Source: the human T2T-CHM13v2.0 reference genome, Homo sapiens. Taken from it: a stretch of 64,000 nucleotides of DNA. The DNA lies in the NCBI RefSeq assembly GCF_009914755.1, contig NC_060930.1; one strand, 5' to 3'. A program made the translations under genes and the position numbers. Of this stretch, positions 40,766 through 57,504 are shown one piece after another (position 1 is the stretch's first letter; each line of letters starts with the position of its first letter). The notes under the pieces are model-generated. The model did not search any database. It saw nothing but the letters and a program-made list of their open reading frames with translations, and was not told the origin of the DNA.

Positions 40766-42095
40766 ATATATGACAGAACATTCCGTTCAGCTAGTAGTTT
40801 TGAATACCTATTATGTACAAAGAACTGTTCTAGTCTTAGAGTCCTGCACCCTTAAAGGCTGAGTGAAGAGTAGTCTGGAGCACTACAACCATTGTACCCT
40901 TTTTAGGTTTTATGTTGATTCCAAATTGCCACCACAGTGCCCACCACAGGTTTGGTCTAATGTTAACCAGAAGGGTAATGGTAAGAGTCAGGGAGGGACA
41001 TAAAGACATGGGGCCAGAGACAGCCTAGAATGATGTAGGTAAGAGAAGAACAGTCAGTGGGATCTAGGATAACTGCAGGCAAAAGGCAAAAGAGGCATGA
41101 GGTCAAAGAAAATCTAAGTAGTTGCTGGTACTCTGGAGATGCAGGCAATGTCTTAGTAAGCATGTAGAAACCCACAGAAGAAACTGGTGGGAGTGCAACT
41201 AGTTGGAAAGAACACAGCTCAATCACAGCCACACTTCTTGGAAGAGGAGGTGTAATATGTTGGACACTATCAGTTCTAGCAGAGAGCTATCCTGAATGGA
41301 CAGCACCTGGTCTGAAAAAAAAAAATACAAAACAAAACAAAAAAAAAACCTGAACATGGAAAGCAGTTCCTCAGAGAGTTGTGTCAAAAGCAAATGTGTT
41401 ATTGTTCTTCATATCTTTTTGGAGGGTTTTTTTTTTCTGAGGGAGGAGGCAAGAATTTATATTTTGTAGTTTCGTGGACTAACAAGACAGTAATTACAAC
41501 AGACAGCTATAGGGAATATGGGGGACAGCTCTCTCAGACACAGATGGGTTGGTAGTGAACTGGCAATTCTAAGTAAGGGTGTCAACAGGTATGAATGGAA
41601 GAAATAGATGAGTGTTGAGGGAGGGTCTATAGGAGGTATCAGTGGGTATTGATGAAGAGGGGGAAAATGAGAAAGGGATGAAAAGATAATAATTTGATGA
41701 AAAGAAAAGGATGAAAAGAGGAACAACTATAAAACAAGGGATGGAGATAGGAAAGATAGACAAGTGATTCTAATATATTGGCATCAATTGTTGGAGACAG
41801 TGGATCATATGATACAAGCCATATAAAGGTAAAAAGACCAGCTCCTGATCCCAAGGTGCTTTGAGTCTTACGTGTACAGCACACACTATATTATCTTTAT
41901 TAAATGGTCTACATTCTCATCTTGAGCATGAAATTATTCTATTTTAGTCTGATCACAAAATCCATCAACAGTGGAAACAAATGGAAACTGAAATGCTTCA
42001 AAACAACCTGTTTTTCCCATGGTAATATCACAAGGGAGTTAGGCTGAGGTTTTAAAAGAGTGGGTATGTCAGTCTTTCTTATTCAGATCCTCTAG

Positions 42096-42340
42096 AGCAA
42101 GGTTTCTCAACCTTGAGAAACTATTTCTATTGACATTCTGGGCCAGACAATTCTTTGATGTAGGGGCTGTCCTCTGCACTGTAGGATGTTTAGCAGTATC
42201 CCTGGCGTCTACCCACTAGATGTCACTAGCACTTCCCACTTGTGATATCCAAAAATGTCTCCAGGCAATTTGGTGGGCAGGCTGAGTGAGGCAAATGTCC
42301 CCTGAGAGGCAAAATCACCCCCAGTTGAGAACCCCTGCTC
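42096..42340. mobile_element. MER20 DNA transposon
   Basis: ggtttctcaacctt...ggggctgtcctctgcactgtaggatgtttagcag...gttgagaaccc. Confidence 0.85.
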
Positions 42341-42415
42341 TATAGGAAAATAATCAGATTTCTACGACTCTTCCACATCATACACAATAAAATTCTACTT
42401 AGAAATGCTACATGT

Positions 42416-42723
42416 GGCCGGGCACAGTGGCTCAAGCCTGTAATCCCAGCACTTTGGGAGGCCGAGGTGGGTGGATCATCTGAGGTCGGGAGTTCCAGAC
42501 CATCCCGACCATCATGGTCAGGGTCTCTACTAACAATACAAAATTAGCCAGGCCTGGTGGTGCATGCCTGTAATCCCAGCTACTCAGGAAGCTGAGGCAG
42601 GAAAATTGCTTGAACCCAGGAGGCGGAGGTTGCGGTGAGCCGAGATCATCGTGCCATTATACTCCAGCCTGGGCAACAAGAGCAGAAACTCCATCTCAAA
42701 AAAAAAAAAAAAAAAAGAAAGAA
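42416..42723 (+). mobile_element. AluS (Sp/Sq-like)
   Basis: 15-bp TSD agaaatgctacatgt at 42401-42415 and 42724-42738. Confidence 0.93.
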
Positions 42724-44289
42724 AGAAATGCTACATGTGACCAGCACTACTGGACCCTTTTCCTACCCCAGAAAATTATTCCCAACATACCTAAAATCTA
42801 TGCAGCCTTGATGCTAAAAAGTAGTCTACTTTAGAAAGCCTTACCTCATTTACTAGTGAGGACTAGTAATGTGACTTAAATGTGACTTGCATAAACAGCT
42901 TACACTGCATTTTTGCAGACCTTCCCCTTCCCTCCTTGCCACACTTCTGGTGCAATTTTCTTCTTTGCCCCTTGACCCAATCATGAATATAGACATTTTA
43001 TCCTTGATCTAAATCTGTGCTGTCCAGTGTAGTAGCCACGAGGTACATTTGGCTCTGCAACTGAGGAACTAAATTTTTAATTTTAATTAAACTTTAAAAC
43101 TCATAATTCACTAGATAACTTTTAAGTATGTTTGAAATAATTTGGATATGTGAATCTATTTTTTTATTTTAAATTTTATGTAATCTCAATATAGATTATT
43201 TATGAAAATATGTGAATTGAGATGTCCAATAAGTATAAATACACTGGCTTTCAAAAAATGGAATATAGGATATTTCATTAATAATTTTTATATTGATTAG
43301 ATGTTGATATAGTAATATTTTGGATATGATGGTTTAAACTAAAGATAATTTCACCTGTCTTTTTACATTTTTAATATGGCTATTAATAAGAATGTTTTAA
43401 ATTACATAGGTGAATCCCATTATATTCCTATTTATTAGATAGAACTGACCTTCAGTTCTGCAGAAAACCATTCCACACGAAAGGGAGAGGTAATGCAAAG
43501 TCTCTGAATAGGGATGAATTTGGTGTGTTACAGGAACTGAAAAAGGCCACGTGTTGAAAGCACTGGATTAAGGGGAAGGTGACACAAGATTAGGTTAGAG
43601 AGGTGAACAGGGGCCAGGATGTGTATTCTAAACGTGATGGGGAACTACTAGAAGGGAGGAACATAATCCAATGTTTGTTTAGAAAAGATCATTCTGGCTC
43701 CTTAAAGAGGCAAGAATGAGAAAAGAGCAGAAGTAAGGAAATCAGTCCAGAGGCTACTGTAGTAACCCAAGTGAAAGAAGGTAGTGGCATGGACCATGGG
43801 TTCACAGTGGATATAAAGAGAAACAAACAGACTTAACGTACATTTTGGAGATGAAAATATAATCTTGCTCATTGTTGTAGATTCCTAAATTCTGCTTGAA
43901 AAGATGTTTCTGTATTAGGTTAAACAAATGAAATCCCTGTTTTTGTGGGTCAAAATGGTTAAATACCAGAAATGTAAAATGATTTAACCTAATAGAAACA
44001 AATAACGACAGAGAAGAATCAGAGGAATGATACAGGAGAAGGGACGTTGAAATGGGGCTTATTTATTAAAATGAAAATTTTTATTGTTCTCCTTAAATCT
44101 CTGTGGAAGCCACCCTTATCAAAAAAAAAAAAAAAAACCCTTTGTTGAAAGGCAAATTGCCAACAAACCCGATGAGATTCAGAACACTGCTGCAATAACA
44201 TATCTCTGTAGAAACTTATACTTCCATCTGGATAGCAAATTTCCTAAGCTGATAAAACCAGGTTATCAATGAAAGGCCAGAGTACAGAA

Positions 44290-44490
44290 TTTAAAGGAAG
44301 AATGCCTGGGTATGAATCTTTGTTCTGCCAGTTACTAGTTATATGACCTTGGCTAATACATTTTTCTCTCTGTGCCTCAGGTTCCCCATCTGTAAAACAG
44401 TATTATAATGATATCTACCTCATAAAGTAGGAATTAAATGAGTGACCAAATGTGAAGGGTTTAGAACAGTGGCTGGCCCATAATGTTAAA
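44290..44490 (+). mobile_element. MIR
   Basis: ctctgtgcctcaggttccccatctgtaaaa core. Confidence 0.8.
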
Positions 44491-44767
44491 GTCTTAGCCC
44501 CTAACAGCGCACTTAGATCTTTTTGTTAGCATTAAATTCAGCATTTTCTTCCTATCAAAGCTGCTTAAATCAGTTAACTGGCATTTGATCTTCGTGGGCT
44601 CATTGTATTGTTGCTGTTGTGTATCTTTTTAAATAATACTCGTAATCTTAACAATTAGCATAATTTTGAACCGCTCCCTAATACCTAACCCCAATCCCAA
44701 ACCGGACGGTCGAGCCTATCCACCGGCAGAGAACACCACCCAATCTCGCCCTCACTCTGACACTCAC

Positions 44768-45420
44768 CGGCCAGACCTTTTCTTCCGTCCGTTTTCTGCC
44801 TCTGGCCCAGGGCCCAGCTCACGTAGCGTTTTCGGGGGCTGTTTGGGAACCGTTAGCAACCGGAAGTGGCTAGAGGTCGCGAGAGAACTGAAAAAGGGGA
44901 CCGGCCTTTCCCGGCTGCCTAAGCACTTGGGTTCCGGCCTGGAAGGAGGCCCAGGGCTCCCACAAAGAGAAATAAGGGACCTATTTGGATGGATCCCAAG
45001 AAACACTGTCTGGCATCTGATTTGAACGAGGCTCGGCGCAGCCGGGCCCTTTTCGCAAAGTAGGCCCACTGCAGACCTGTGGGAACCTCCGGGATGCCTG
45101 GGGACCCGCATCTGCCGCTACCCGCAATTTCCTATCCCGACCCTCTCTGCAGTTGTCGACCCCGGCCGGCGGCTTTGAGCGTGGGGTCCCGCAGACCCTG
45201 GCACCTAGGGGGCCGAAGCCGAGGGATCTTGGGGTAGAAGAGCGGTCCTACAGAGCTGCCGCTTCGAAAGAGCCCCCAATCGACCGCTGATGGGGAATGG
45301 AGGATTTTGCTGTTTTATTGCAGCCCGCCCCCGGAGAAAGGCGGGCTCGGACGTTCTTGACTTTAGGATAGACTGGGGAGGGGTGCCGAGGAGCGTTCTT
45401 CCCTTTACGTCTCGCGGTCG
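44768..45420 (-). ncRNA. ZSCAN16-AS1: CpG island with minus-strand first exon; probable ZSCAN16-AS1 5' end
   Basis: CpG-rich; CCGGAAGTG at 44860-44868; strong minus-strand donor ccg|gtgagt at 44768/44767; no credible ORF. Name from recalled annotation; TSS not determinable. Confidence 0.6.
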
Positions 45421-46677
45421 CAGACTGTATTTGCTGGTGCCCTGCTCACTGTGATCTCGCAGGACCTTGCGGACTTACGGAGACGAAAAGTGGCCTACTT
45501 TGAGCTTCTCTGATCCTTAGGGGAAATGAGTGTCCAAAGAGAAATAGGTGCAGAGTGCCGGCACTAGAATTCTTTAAACCTGGATTCAAATTCTGACTCC
45601 ACCACTCTCCAGTTAGGACTGAGGGCAATTTATTTTTAACTTCTCCAAGCCTCTGTTTACTCGTTTATGTAACTCAGGCTAATAACGTAGTGTCTATTTC
45701 ATAGGGTGGCTTTGACTATTAAGTGTGAGAGTGCATGTAAGAACAGTCTAAGGGAATTTCCCTGCCTTTCCCCTTGTCTGCTGTCACTCTCATCCGTGTT
45801 AGACAAATGGAATTAATTAACCAACTTCCGCTTTTCTGAAGCACGGGTAAAGAGTGAAGTGCAGGACTTGGGTAAAGGAAAAACCAAGAAGGATGCAAAA
45901 GATGGATGGTCATTGTGAGATCCACAGAGGTGCTCATCCCAGCACTTTCACCTCACTTGGCATCTGTCACATGGTGGGTGCTTGATAAGTACATGGGTGA
46001 ATGAGGACCTACCTAAGCAGAAGGAATTATTGAATAAGACTAGAATTGCAGGGAGAGGATGAATCAGATTGATTAGCTACTTGACAAAAAAAGGCAAACC
46101 ACTCTTCCTGTCAGAAATGTATGGCACATCTGCATATTTCAAGGGCTGCCACTTACTGCAACTGGGAAGGAGATCTCAGAACCGACACCTCAACTATGGA
46201 AGCTTTAATCTATTGACAGCAAATGCAACATAGCAAGTAATATAAGACAGAATGTGATCAGTGCAAAATCGAATAATAAAGTCTTGAGAGGGGGTTATTA
46301 GAATAATAGACGAGTGTTTAGATTGAGTAGTGAGCAATGAGATAAGTCCTTTGACTTGGGGGTACAGGGGAATTATGACCAGGGGTATGGGATAGGGAGA
46401 AGGTCATTCTGGAAGGCAATAAAAGGCAGACAGGACGCTAGTGGTAGAAAAAAAGGAAAACACTTGTTTATCAATGTAAATCAATGGCGGAAGAATTACA
46501 TATGACATATGCTATTGAGGAATACCTTTCAACCGTTCAAATGACAAAAGGAGTGTCAGAACAATATATATTCCATTTTTGTTGAAAAAATTTGTTTATA
46601 TAGATATAATTTGTGGGGTATTTGTACAAGAAAAGGATGCACTCCAAACTTAACAGTGATTACCCCATATTGAAAAT

Positions 46678-47107
46678 TGTGAAACTTTTACCCTACTTGC
46701 AAGCTAACAATTTAACTTGCCACAGTTTTATGGATACTAACAGAAGACACTGGACTCCTGCGTCAGAGACAGAAGACTTTATTACTTAATAACACAGGCA
46801 TCATAAGCTTTATATTCCCTTGTTCCCAAAGCTTATGTTCCCAAAGCCCACAGAGGGGCCTAAGCTTGGCATTCCCCTGCTAGGATGGAACAGTGGGTTT
46901 GCAACCTAGCAGAGGAATGCCAAGCTTAGGAAGCCCAACCTTTGCTCAGCCTTGCCCCAGAATGAGCCATTATCTTTATTATCCTGGTCAGGAAACAACT
47001 GTGATCTAGAAGGAGATACAAACATCCTTGAAAACCTAACCTCAAAGAAAAATCTACCATAAGACTAGGAGTAATTTGAGAAGCCATTAAAGAATTATCT
47101 CCCAACA
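46678..47107 (-). mobile_element. Old ERV-type solo LTR
   Basis: tgtgaaa...ccctacttgcaagctaaca..., tttatt (antisense AATAAA), ...cccaaca end. Confidence 0.55.
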
Positions 47108-47824
47108 TTCTAGGTAAATACTATTTGAGGGTGGAGATGTCAGCTTTTAAGAATTTTATATAATATTAATCTTTATCATGTTTCATTTATTTTTAAAAAT
47201 ACAAAAAATAAAAGGCAAGCATAGAAGTTTAAATTTTACTTAGAGATAAGGAACCACTCAGGGTCAGTGATTGGAAGAATGATAATGATATTTAAGGACC
47301 ACGTCTTGTATAGTTAGGAAGGCTATCTCAAGGCTGTTGCAGTCACATAGGTGTGAAGTAATTAGAACTGAGGATGGTGGTTATATTAATGGAGAAAAGT
47401 AACACTTCAAAGGAGAAATCTGGCTCTGATAATTTCTCCTTTATCTCCATGTTTCATTGAGTAAACTAAGGAAGCCTCTCAAGCCTGAATAACTTAGAAA
47501 TTGGCGATATTATCAACCATTCTAACGGATATGTGGTGGTAACTCATTGAGGTTTTAACTTTGCATTTCCCTGATGAATAATGGTTACTTTTTAGTGTGC
47601 ATACTGGCCATTCTTTTATCTTTTGTAAAGAAAGTGTTTAAATCTTTTGCCTATTGGTGTTGAATTATCTTATTCATTAAATTGTGAGAGTTCTTTATAT
47701 ATTCTGGATAGTTCTTTGTCAGATAGATGTATTACAAATATTTTTCAGTGTGTAGCTTTTTCTTCACTTTCTTAATGGTGCTTTTTTTGAGAAGATTTAA
47801 ATTTTGATGAGAATTTAAGTTTAA

Positions 47825-49141
<1,317 letters not shown>

Positions 49142-49599
49142 GACTAACAAAGAAAGAATGAACATAGATTTGTTCCCCATATCTTGTGGTATTAAACCTA
49201 GGGTCTACTCTTCAAGCTTACATCATAGGTTTAGCATTAAAACAGCTAAGCAGCAAAGCAGATGCTGTAAGCGATAGAAATTCATTAAGATAGGAAAGAG
49301 TGGGAAATATGTAAAGATCCAAAAAGAATATATATTTAATTACGATTTTTTTGAATACTTAATAAAATATGCTATTCCTAAGTGCCATGCCATAGGGATT
49401 TCACAAAACTATGAACTGTGATTAGCAGGAATTCCTCATGAAGTTTGTACTCTATGTGAGAGGTCTGGATATGTTTATGAATCGAGAACAGTAAAGTACA
49501 GGGTATGTAACGGAGCCAAACGCGAATCCAGTTGGAATCCTAAGGATCCATGAAGTGCTCCCTCCTCCAACACTTTCCCAGCCTCCTATTCACAGCTCC

Positions 49600-50051
49600 A
49601 GCCTCCCCACGTCCGATATCTACCCCCAGGGGACCGTTACTATTGACAGCGAGCGCGCGGAGCTGCATGGGCACACAAGGCGGAGGGGACACCAAGGTCC
49701 GTTATTCCCCAGCACGTTCACTGCCCCAGCGACAGCGCAAGCCTGAGGCACGCAGACGCGGGAGGAACCCGAGGCACAGCACACAGCAGGTGAGGGGCGT
49801 GGTACTCCGGTACCCTCAGTCGGCCGACCATAGAGCTTGTAGACCTCCAGGACTCCTAGAGAGCTTCCGGAAGTGCCTTTGGGGCAAGATGCGTGCTGGC
49901 CGGTGTTGTGCCTCCGCAGATTTAGAAGTTAGTGGCCGGAGGGGCCTGGTCCGAGTACAGCTTTCATCGCCTTTACTCCCCGACCTTCCTTCGAGTCTGT
50001 TTATCCGTTGCAGCCTCCCTTCCCCACGACGGGGCGCCTCTGCAACTCACA
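49600..50051 (+). promoter_or_regulatory. ZKSCAN8: ZKSCAN8 CpG promoter and non-coding exon 1
   Basis: Palindromic ETS site CTTCCGGAAG(TG) at 49864-49875; donor aca|gtgagt at 50051/50052. Confidence 0.82.
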
Positions 50052-52797
50052 GTGAGTACGGTCGGGCTCTGGGCCGGAGGAAAGTGGGTGCTTTGTGGCT
50101 GGTCCAGGCCGCAGCTGAGGACTGGCCTGAGGGGTCCGGAGAGGGGCCTGTGCGGTGTTCGGCGCCGCGGACCGATTCTGACGCCTTAGTTGCTGTTGCA
50201 GGCAGAGTACGTCCCCACGAATTGCCCTTGAACTTTTTGCGAGGGAACCTTTTATGAAGCTTTCTTCATAGATAATCGTGTTGTGGTATGTTTTTGTAGT
50301 CGATCTTGTTTATCTTAAAATGGGGAACGCCCCCCCCATGTTATTTTTTATCCAACTATTTCCAGAGTCTGAATTGTTTTCACTTAGCGCTCTTTTGCGT
50401 TTAGGTCACAACAAAATTCTCAGTTTTTAAAAAAGACATATTTTGCTTTTGGAAGCCCCGTTTATCCATGGAAACCAATTTTTGCTGTTACTCTTCTTTC
50501 TTTAGTGTATTCAGAAACTGGTGGTGTGTTGACTAGATAATTGTACGAAAGTTTTTTTTTTTTTTTAATTTCAGGGTAATTCAGAATTCAACATTATCAG
50601 AATGCCTATTTCATTTGTTAAAGCAAACTGAAGTTAGCCAACGAGGAACTCTGGGAGGGCCCCATTTCCAAAACTCTGGTTAGTCATGAGTAATTTTTGT
50701 CAGGCTACTTTGACTGCCACCGCCACCTTTAAAAACATATTTCTGTTGTTTGTTAGTTCCGTTGAGTATATTTACGTAGCAATCATTGTTTTAGCAAATA
50801 CATACATGTTTTGAATTTCTGTTGTTTAAATGTAAAATGTGATAGATGTTAATTAAAACTTTCAGCTAATGCAATTTGAGATAACAAAGCATAGTATTGG
50901 CTTCACCTACTTTTTCTTGGATTTTAAATCCTGGAAAATGTCTTTTTTGTTTTGTTTTCAGTTCCCAAACATTTCTCAAATTAGACATAGTCTGAAGGAA
51001 GAATACATTCCTTCCACAACTATTGAAAAAATAATACTGTTAAAATTGAGTTGTGCCTTCAGCATCTCACAGGATTACAGTATTTAAAATCCAGAGGAAG
51101 CTTTAAAGATTGCCTTTTAAACTCATGTAAACTTGACTAGGTGTTCTTTAAGGAGACTATGTAAAAATCAGTCTGTATCCACAAAGTGCTCACCAACTTA
51201 ATACAGACATGTACGCACAAAACTGAGAGGAAGGTACATACTGGAGTAATTTTGCACTCAGTTATTTATAGGTTGTAATTCTCAAAAACCAGCTGATCAG
51301 AGAGGGAAGAGACTTAAAAAAATGGAAAATTAGCCACTAAATAGAATAATCAAGATGGGCAATGGGCAAGACCTGTTGGCTGATTTGGTATAAAAAATGA
51401 ACAAACCTGATAATTAGCTGGTTTTCATCAGTGTTGTTATTGAGACTTTTTAATACCACATCAACAATATAAAGTTCTTGAATGCTGCGCACTTCACATT
51501 AAAATATTTTATAGCCTCCTGTACTGGTAAGTAGTGGGATTGCACCTGTGAATAGACTCTGCACTCAAGCCTGAGCAACATAGTGAGACCCTGTCCCTAA
51601 ATAATAATAATAATATTTTATAGCCATTATGGATGAGGATTGCTCAGTAATAGATGGCCAGTTGTTCAGTAGTTAAAAATGAACCTTGGCTTTAAGGAAA
51701 TTTATAAGAAAACATGGTAAGACTACCACTATATAACATCACATTCTAAACAGAATTTATGTCCCATGTATTGACCTTTAAGTTTTTAACATTAAACCAT
51801 AAGTAGCTATTTTAAGAAAATTTAAGAGTTTGTTTTGATTTGAAAAATTAAATTATTTTAAAATTAGCTAAGACCATTTTAAAATAAATTATCTTAAAAT
51901 TATAGATAATTTATTCAAACAAAAACAAATTGTCAAAACCAAATTGATTACCCTTTCTCAACAAAATCTCAGCATCTTCCTCAAATTCACTCTTCCCCCA
52001 AATCTCACTATTCTAGCAAATTCCTCCACTTTCCTGTAAAGTCATAATCAATGAACTATACCCCCAATGTTAATTGATATATTTAACCATATCTTTTGCT
52101 CCTTGGTTCTTCTGATCTGTAGTTTACTCTCCACCCTGTTGTTCCCGGCCTTGTCTAACTTGAAAAATAATTTTCAAATTCCCTTTCTTTTCTGTACACA
52201 CTCTCTATGTAGGATTTGTTTGTATGTTTGTTTGTTTTTAACCTTCCTGGCATTCTTGGATGGCCTTTGAGTCTGTGAACTCTGCCGAAATTGAGTATAC
52301 AATTTTGTATCTGTGGACATTTTGCTGGAAAGAAGTTCTGTGTTTTCTTTAGGTTGAAGAGTCTATAAACCAACCCCCCTCGCCCCGTGCCACAACTCCA
52401 AAAACTGAAAAGATAAGCACTGCCTTGATGATCCGTATGGGGAACTGTATGTACAGTAATCTGATTTTTTTCCTAAGTACCTATCTCTTCTTTGTGGACT
52501 ATAGGTCTCTGGTTTTATCTTGATGTTAGCATCTCATGACAACTGGTTTAGGGTATGCTACCTTTACTTACACTCTTCTTCATTCTCTACAGTATCTTTG
52601 AAATACAAAGATAATGGTCACCTCTGTCAACAAACATTTGCAATAAGGCCATGGCCACATTCTCACAATGTGATAAGTCCTATATTTGGACCATGTTAAA
52701 AATGCTTTGGTAGGAATGACAAATGGCAGGGGGATGACAGAGAAGAACTCATGAAAAAGGTAATAGATAAATTAGAGTTAAGAGTTGAATGATTTTA

Positions 52798-53995
<1,198 letters not shown>

Positions 53996-54474
53996 TAGGC
54001 AATATTGTGGAACATGAATGGGAAAAAAGCATAACCAAAGTTACCATTGCAGTTCTAGGCAAGAGATGATGTCTATACCAAGGATGGAAACCATAGACAT
54101 ATATTTCACAAAGAAATAGGATCATGAAATTGAACTTTTTTCGGACATCAGGTCTTGTTTCTAAATCTCACTCTTACAAGAAATATAAACATGTTCTGTG
54201 TTTGCAATTGTAAATATGGCTAATGTTCTTCGATTCTATCAATAAGATAAAAGATATGGACCTTTGCCCATGGGGAAAATACAATTAAGTTTTGAAGTCA
54301 GAATTCCTTTGGAACTAATAAATATACAGTTATGGGAAAAGTAACATTAAAGCAATACACATTTAAGTAACAGAGGTATAGAATGAGAGGAAAATAATTT
54401 CCAATTGGAGTCACCAGGAAAGGATTTTTAAAGGCAACAGTATTTTATCTTGTCCTTTAAGAAAGTAGTGTCGG

Positions 54475-55700
54475 TACTGATGAAAGAAGTCAAAGAAGAC
54501 TTCAACGGAGAGACACATTGTGTTCACGGAATGGAAAACTCACTGTTGTTGAGATATCAGTTGTCCCTAAAATGAGCTATGGATTCAATACAAATCCAAT
54601 TCAATAATTTTTTGTAGAAATTAATACACTGATTCTAAAATGTGTATCAAAAGACAACAGAACTAGGAAAGTGAAAATAATTTTGAAAACGAACAACAAA
54701 GTTGCAAGACCCACCTACTTGATTTCAAGATTTTAAAAGTTACACAATCAAGACTATTCTGTATTGGTGAAAGAATAGATGTATAGGTCAATAAACAGAA
54801 CAGAGATTCCAGAAATAGACCCTTACATATACATACATATAGTGAACTGATATTTGACAAATATACAAAGACAGTTAAGTAGATAAAGGAGAATCCTTAA
54901 AATGAACCTCCATCCATACCTCAAATTCTATATAAAAATTAACTCAAAATGGATCATAGGCCTAAATGTAAAACCTAAAACTATAAAACTTTTAGTAAAA
55001 AACAGGAGAAAATATTTGTAACCTTGGATTAAGCAAAGATTTCTTAGATATGACATCAAAAGCACAGTCAATTAAAAAAATGAACTTTTTTTCTTCAAAA
55101 GGCCCTATGAAAAGGATGAAAAAGAGGGAATACTTGCAAATTACATATCTCATAAAGGACTTGTGTCCAGAGGATGTAAGAAACTCAAAACTTAATTTTA
55201 AAATAACTAAATTTAAAAATGGGCAGAAGTTTTGAACAAATACTTCACTAAAGAAGATATATAGATGTTAAATAAGCACATAAAAAGATGCTCAACATTA
55301 TTAGTCAGTAGAGAAATGCATACTAAAGCCATATGAGATATTAAAACCATAATGAGTTGCCACTACACATACACCTATTAGAATATCTAAAATTAAAAAC
55401 AAAAACAATATCAAGTGCTAGTCAGATTGGAAAACAGTTTTGCAGTTTCTTATAAAGTTATACATATATGTATTTTATGACACAGCAATTTTACCTCTGA
55501 ATATTTGCCCAAATAAAATGAAAACTATATTCACACCAAAACTCATGCAGATGTTCATAGTGGCTTTATTCATAGTGATAAAAAAACAAAAACAACTCAG
55601 ATATTGTTCATCTGGGAAATGGATAAACATTTAAACATTCCCACTCCAGAATCTCACATAAATAAAATCATATAGTATGTAGCCTTTTGAGTGTGGGAGT
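54475..55700 (+). mobile_element. Ancient L1M ORF2/3' fragment
   Basis: Decayed aaaattaactcaaaatggatc and aaaagatgctcaacatt..agagaaatgca. Confidence 0.85.
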
Positions 55701-56429
55701 AGACTTTTGGGTTGTAGTTGTCAATAGGGCATCCAGGTTCCTTGGAGTGCTCCATAGAGAGTTTCTGAGTTGGAGGTCACGTCCATAGTAGAGGAAGTTA
55801 ACCTTGAGATAGGAGGAAAGATGAGGGGCACAGGTAGGATAAGGAATGTTAGGTGGAGAAGAGCAAAGTGTTAGGAAAGTTTTTGACAATACCTTGAATT
55901 AGATTATGTAGAAATTAGTCTCATCTGTTAAGAGTAAGGGAAAGGTTGAGAGCTGAAGCGTGTAGAACCAGATTAGTACAGCTGGTGTATCAAAGACTAA
56001 AAGGGGTTAAATGAGCAGCCCTGAAGGCCAGCTGAGATTAAACACAAAATTTCAACTAGACCCAGTCTACATGGTTTCCTGACTTTGCTTAGCCATGTTC
56101 CACATCCCCAAACAGGGTGATGAAAGCAGAAGGAAGGGGTTTTTCTATGGATGGGTTTGGCATGGCTGGCATGACAGAAAGTTAAGGAAGTAAGAAGTTA
56201 TTTCTGGAACAGTGGGGAGGATCATTTAATTGGCCGAGCCATGAAGTCCGTGTCATACTAAGGAACTTGTTAAGATACCATAGTTAGTTACAATGACTTT
56301 TGACTTGCCTTAACACTATCATATTTTCTTCATGAAGAAGTACCCTTAGAAAGAGGCCCTCAGAAGAGTCTTCTCTTAAGAAGATAAAGAAGGTAGTGGA
56401 AACGAACTTCCTGAGCTTTTCAGGCTCTA

Positions 56430-56846
56430 ATGGCTGAAGAATCAAGAAAGCCTTCAGCCCCATCCCCACCAGACCAGACTCCTGAAGAGGATCTTGTAAT
56501 CGTCAAGGTAGAGGAGGATCATGGTTGGGACCAGGAATCTAGTCTGCATGAAAGTAACCCTCTTGGCCAAGAAGTGTTCCGCCTGCGCTTCAGGCAGTTA
56601 CGCTACCAGGAGACACTAGGACCCCGAGAAGCTCTGATCCAACTACGGGCCCTTTGCCATCAGTGGCTGAGGCCAGATTTGAACACCAAGGAACAGATCC
56701 TGGAGCTGCTGGTGCTGGAGCAGTTCTTGACCATCCTACCTGAGGAGCTCCAGACACTGGTTAAGGAACATCAGCTAGAGAACGGAGAGGAGGTGGTGAC
56801 CCTATTAGAGGATTTGGAAAGGCAGATTGATATACTAGGACGACCA
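56430..56846 (+). CDS. ZKSCAN8: ZKSCAN8 coding exon 1 (SCAN domain)
   Basis: [11 protein letters not shown]...ILGRP; donor cca|gtaagt; 417 nt; acceptor probably aag|aag near 56338. Confidence 0.97.
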
Positions 56847-57504
56847 GTAAGTAGAAGGAGGTATGCGTGCTATGACTGTGGGAGTCCTGGAAGCTTGGTA
56901 GAGGGACATAGGCATCACAGTGGGAGAGCAGATGCTTAGCATCAGTTTCTGTTGGATAAGGATGACAATAGTTTTAGTGTAGTATGACTTGTAGAGTTCT
57001 TTTTACTTTTGTAAAGGATATAAATCCATTTTGTTTTTGTCGTCATAACATCCCTACGACTGTATTGTTCTTGTTTGCCAGATGGGAACTTGATGCATAG
57101 GAAGCTTAAGTTAATTTTTCAGGGGTATCCAAATAATTAAAGGTAAATTTGAGACCAGAAATCAGGCTTTCTAGTTCCTTATTAAAAGATTTTTCTACTG
57201 CATAGCACTGCTTTAAGTTTGTTGTTTTCCTCCTTCCTCTGCCTTAGGAGTACAAAATATTGGTGTTCTGTGTAACAGGGAAGGCATCAGCAGAAATCTT
57301 TTCCTTTAGTACTAAGCAAAAATGATGCCTTTCTTTCTGTGCTCATTACGTATTCGTGTTCCTTACTGTCCCTAAGAAGTGAGGAAGATTCTGCTGCTTC
57401 CTTCCCCAAGCATATATCCCTGTAGATGTGTTCGTGGTCCTCTTTCATTGTTCATTACATTTCGCAAAGGGATTCCTTATTATCCAACTGTCTGTTGTTT
57501 CCAG

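Noticed and set aside
49550-50257. 235-aa ORF over the ZKSCAN8 promoter
   Set aside because: GC-rich CpG-island ORF with no domain that runs through the exon 1 donor; expected by chance.
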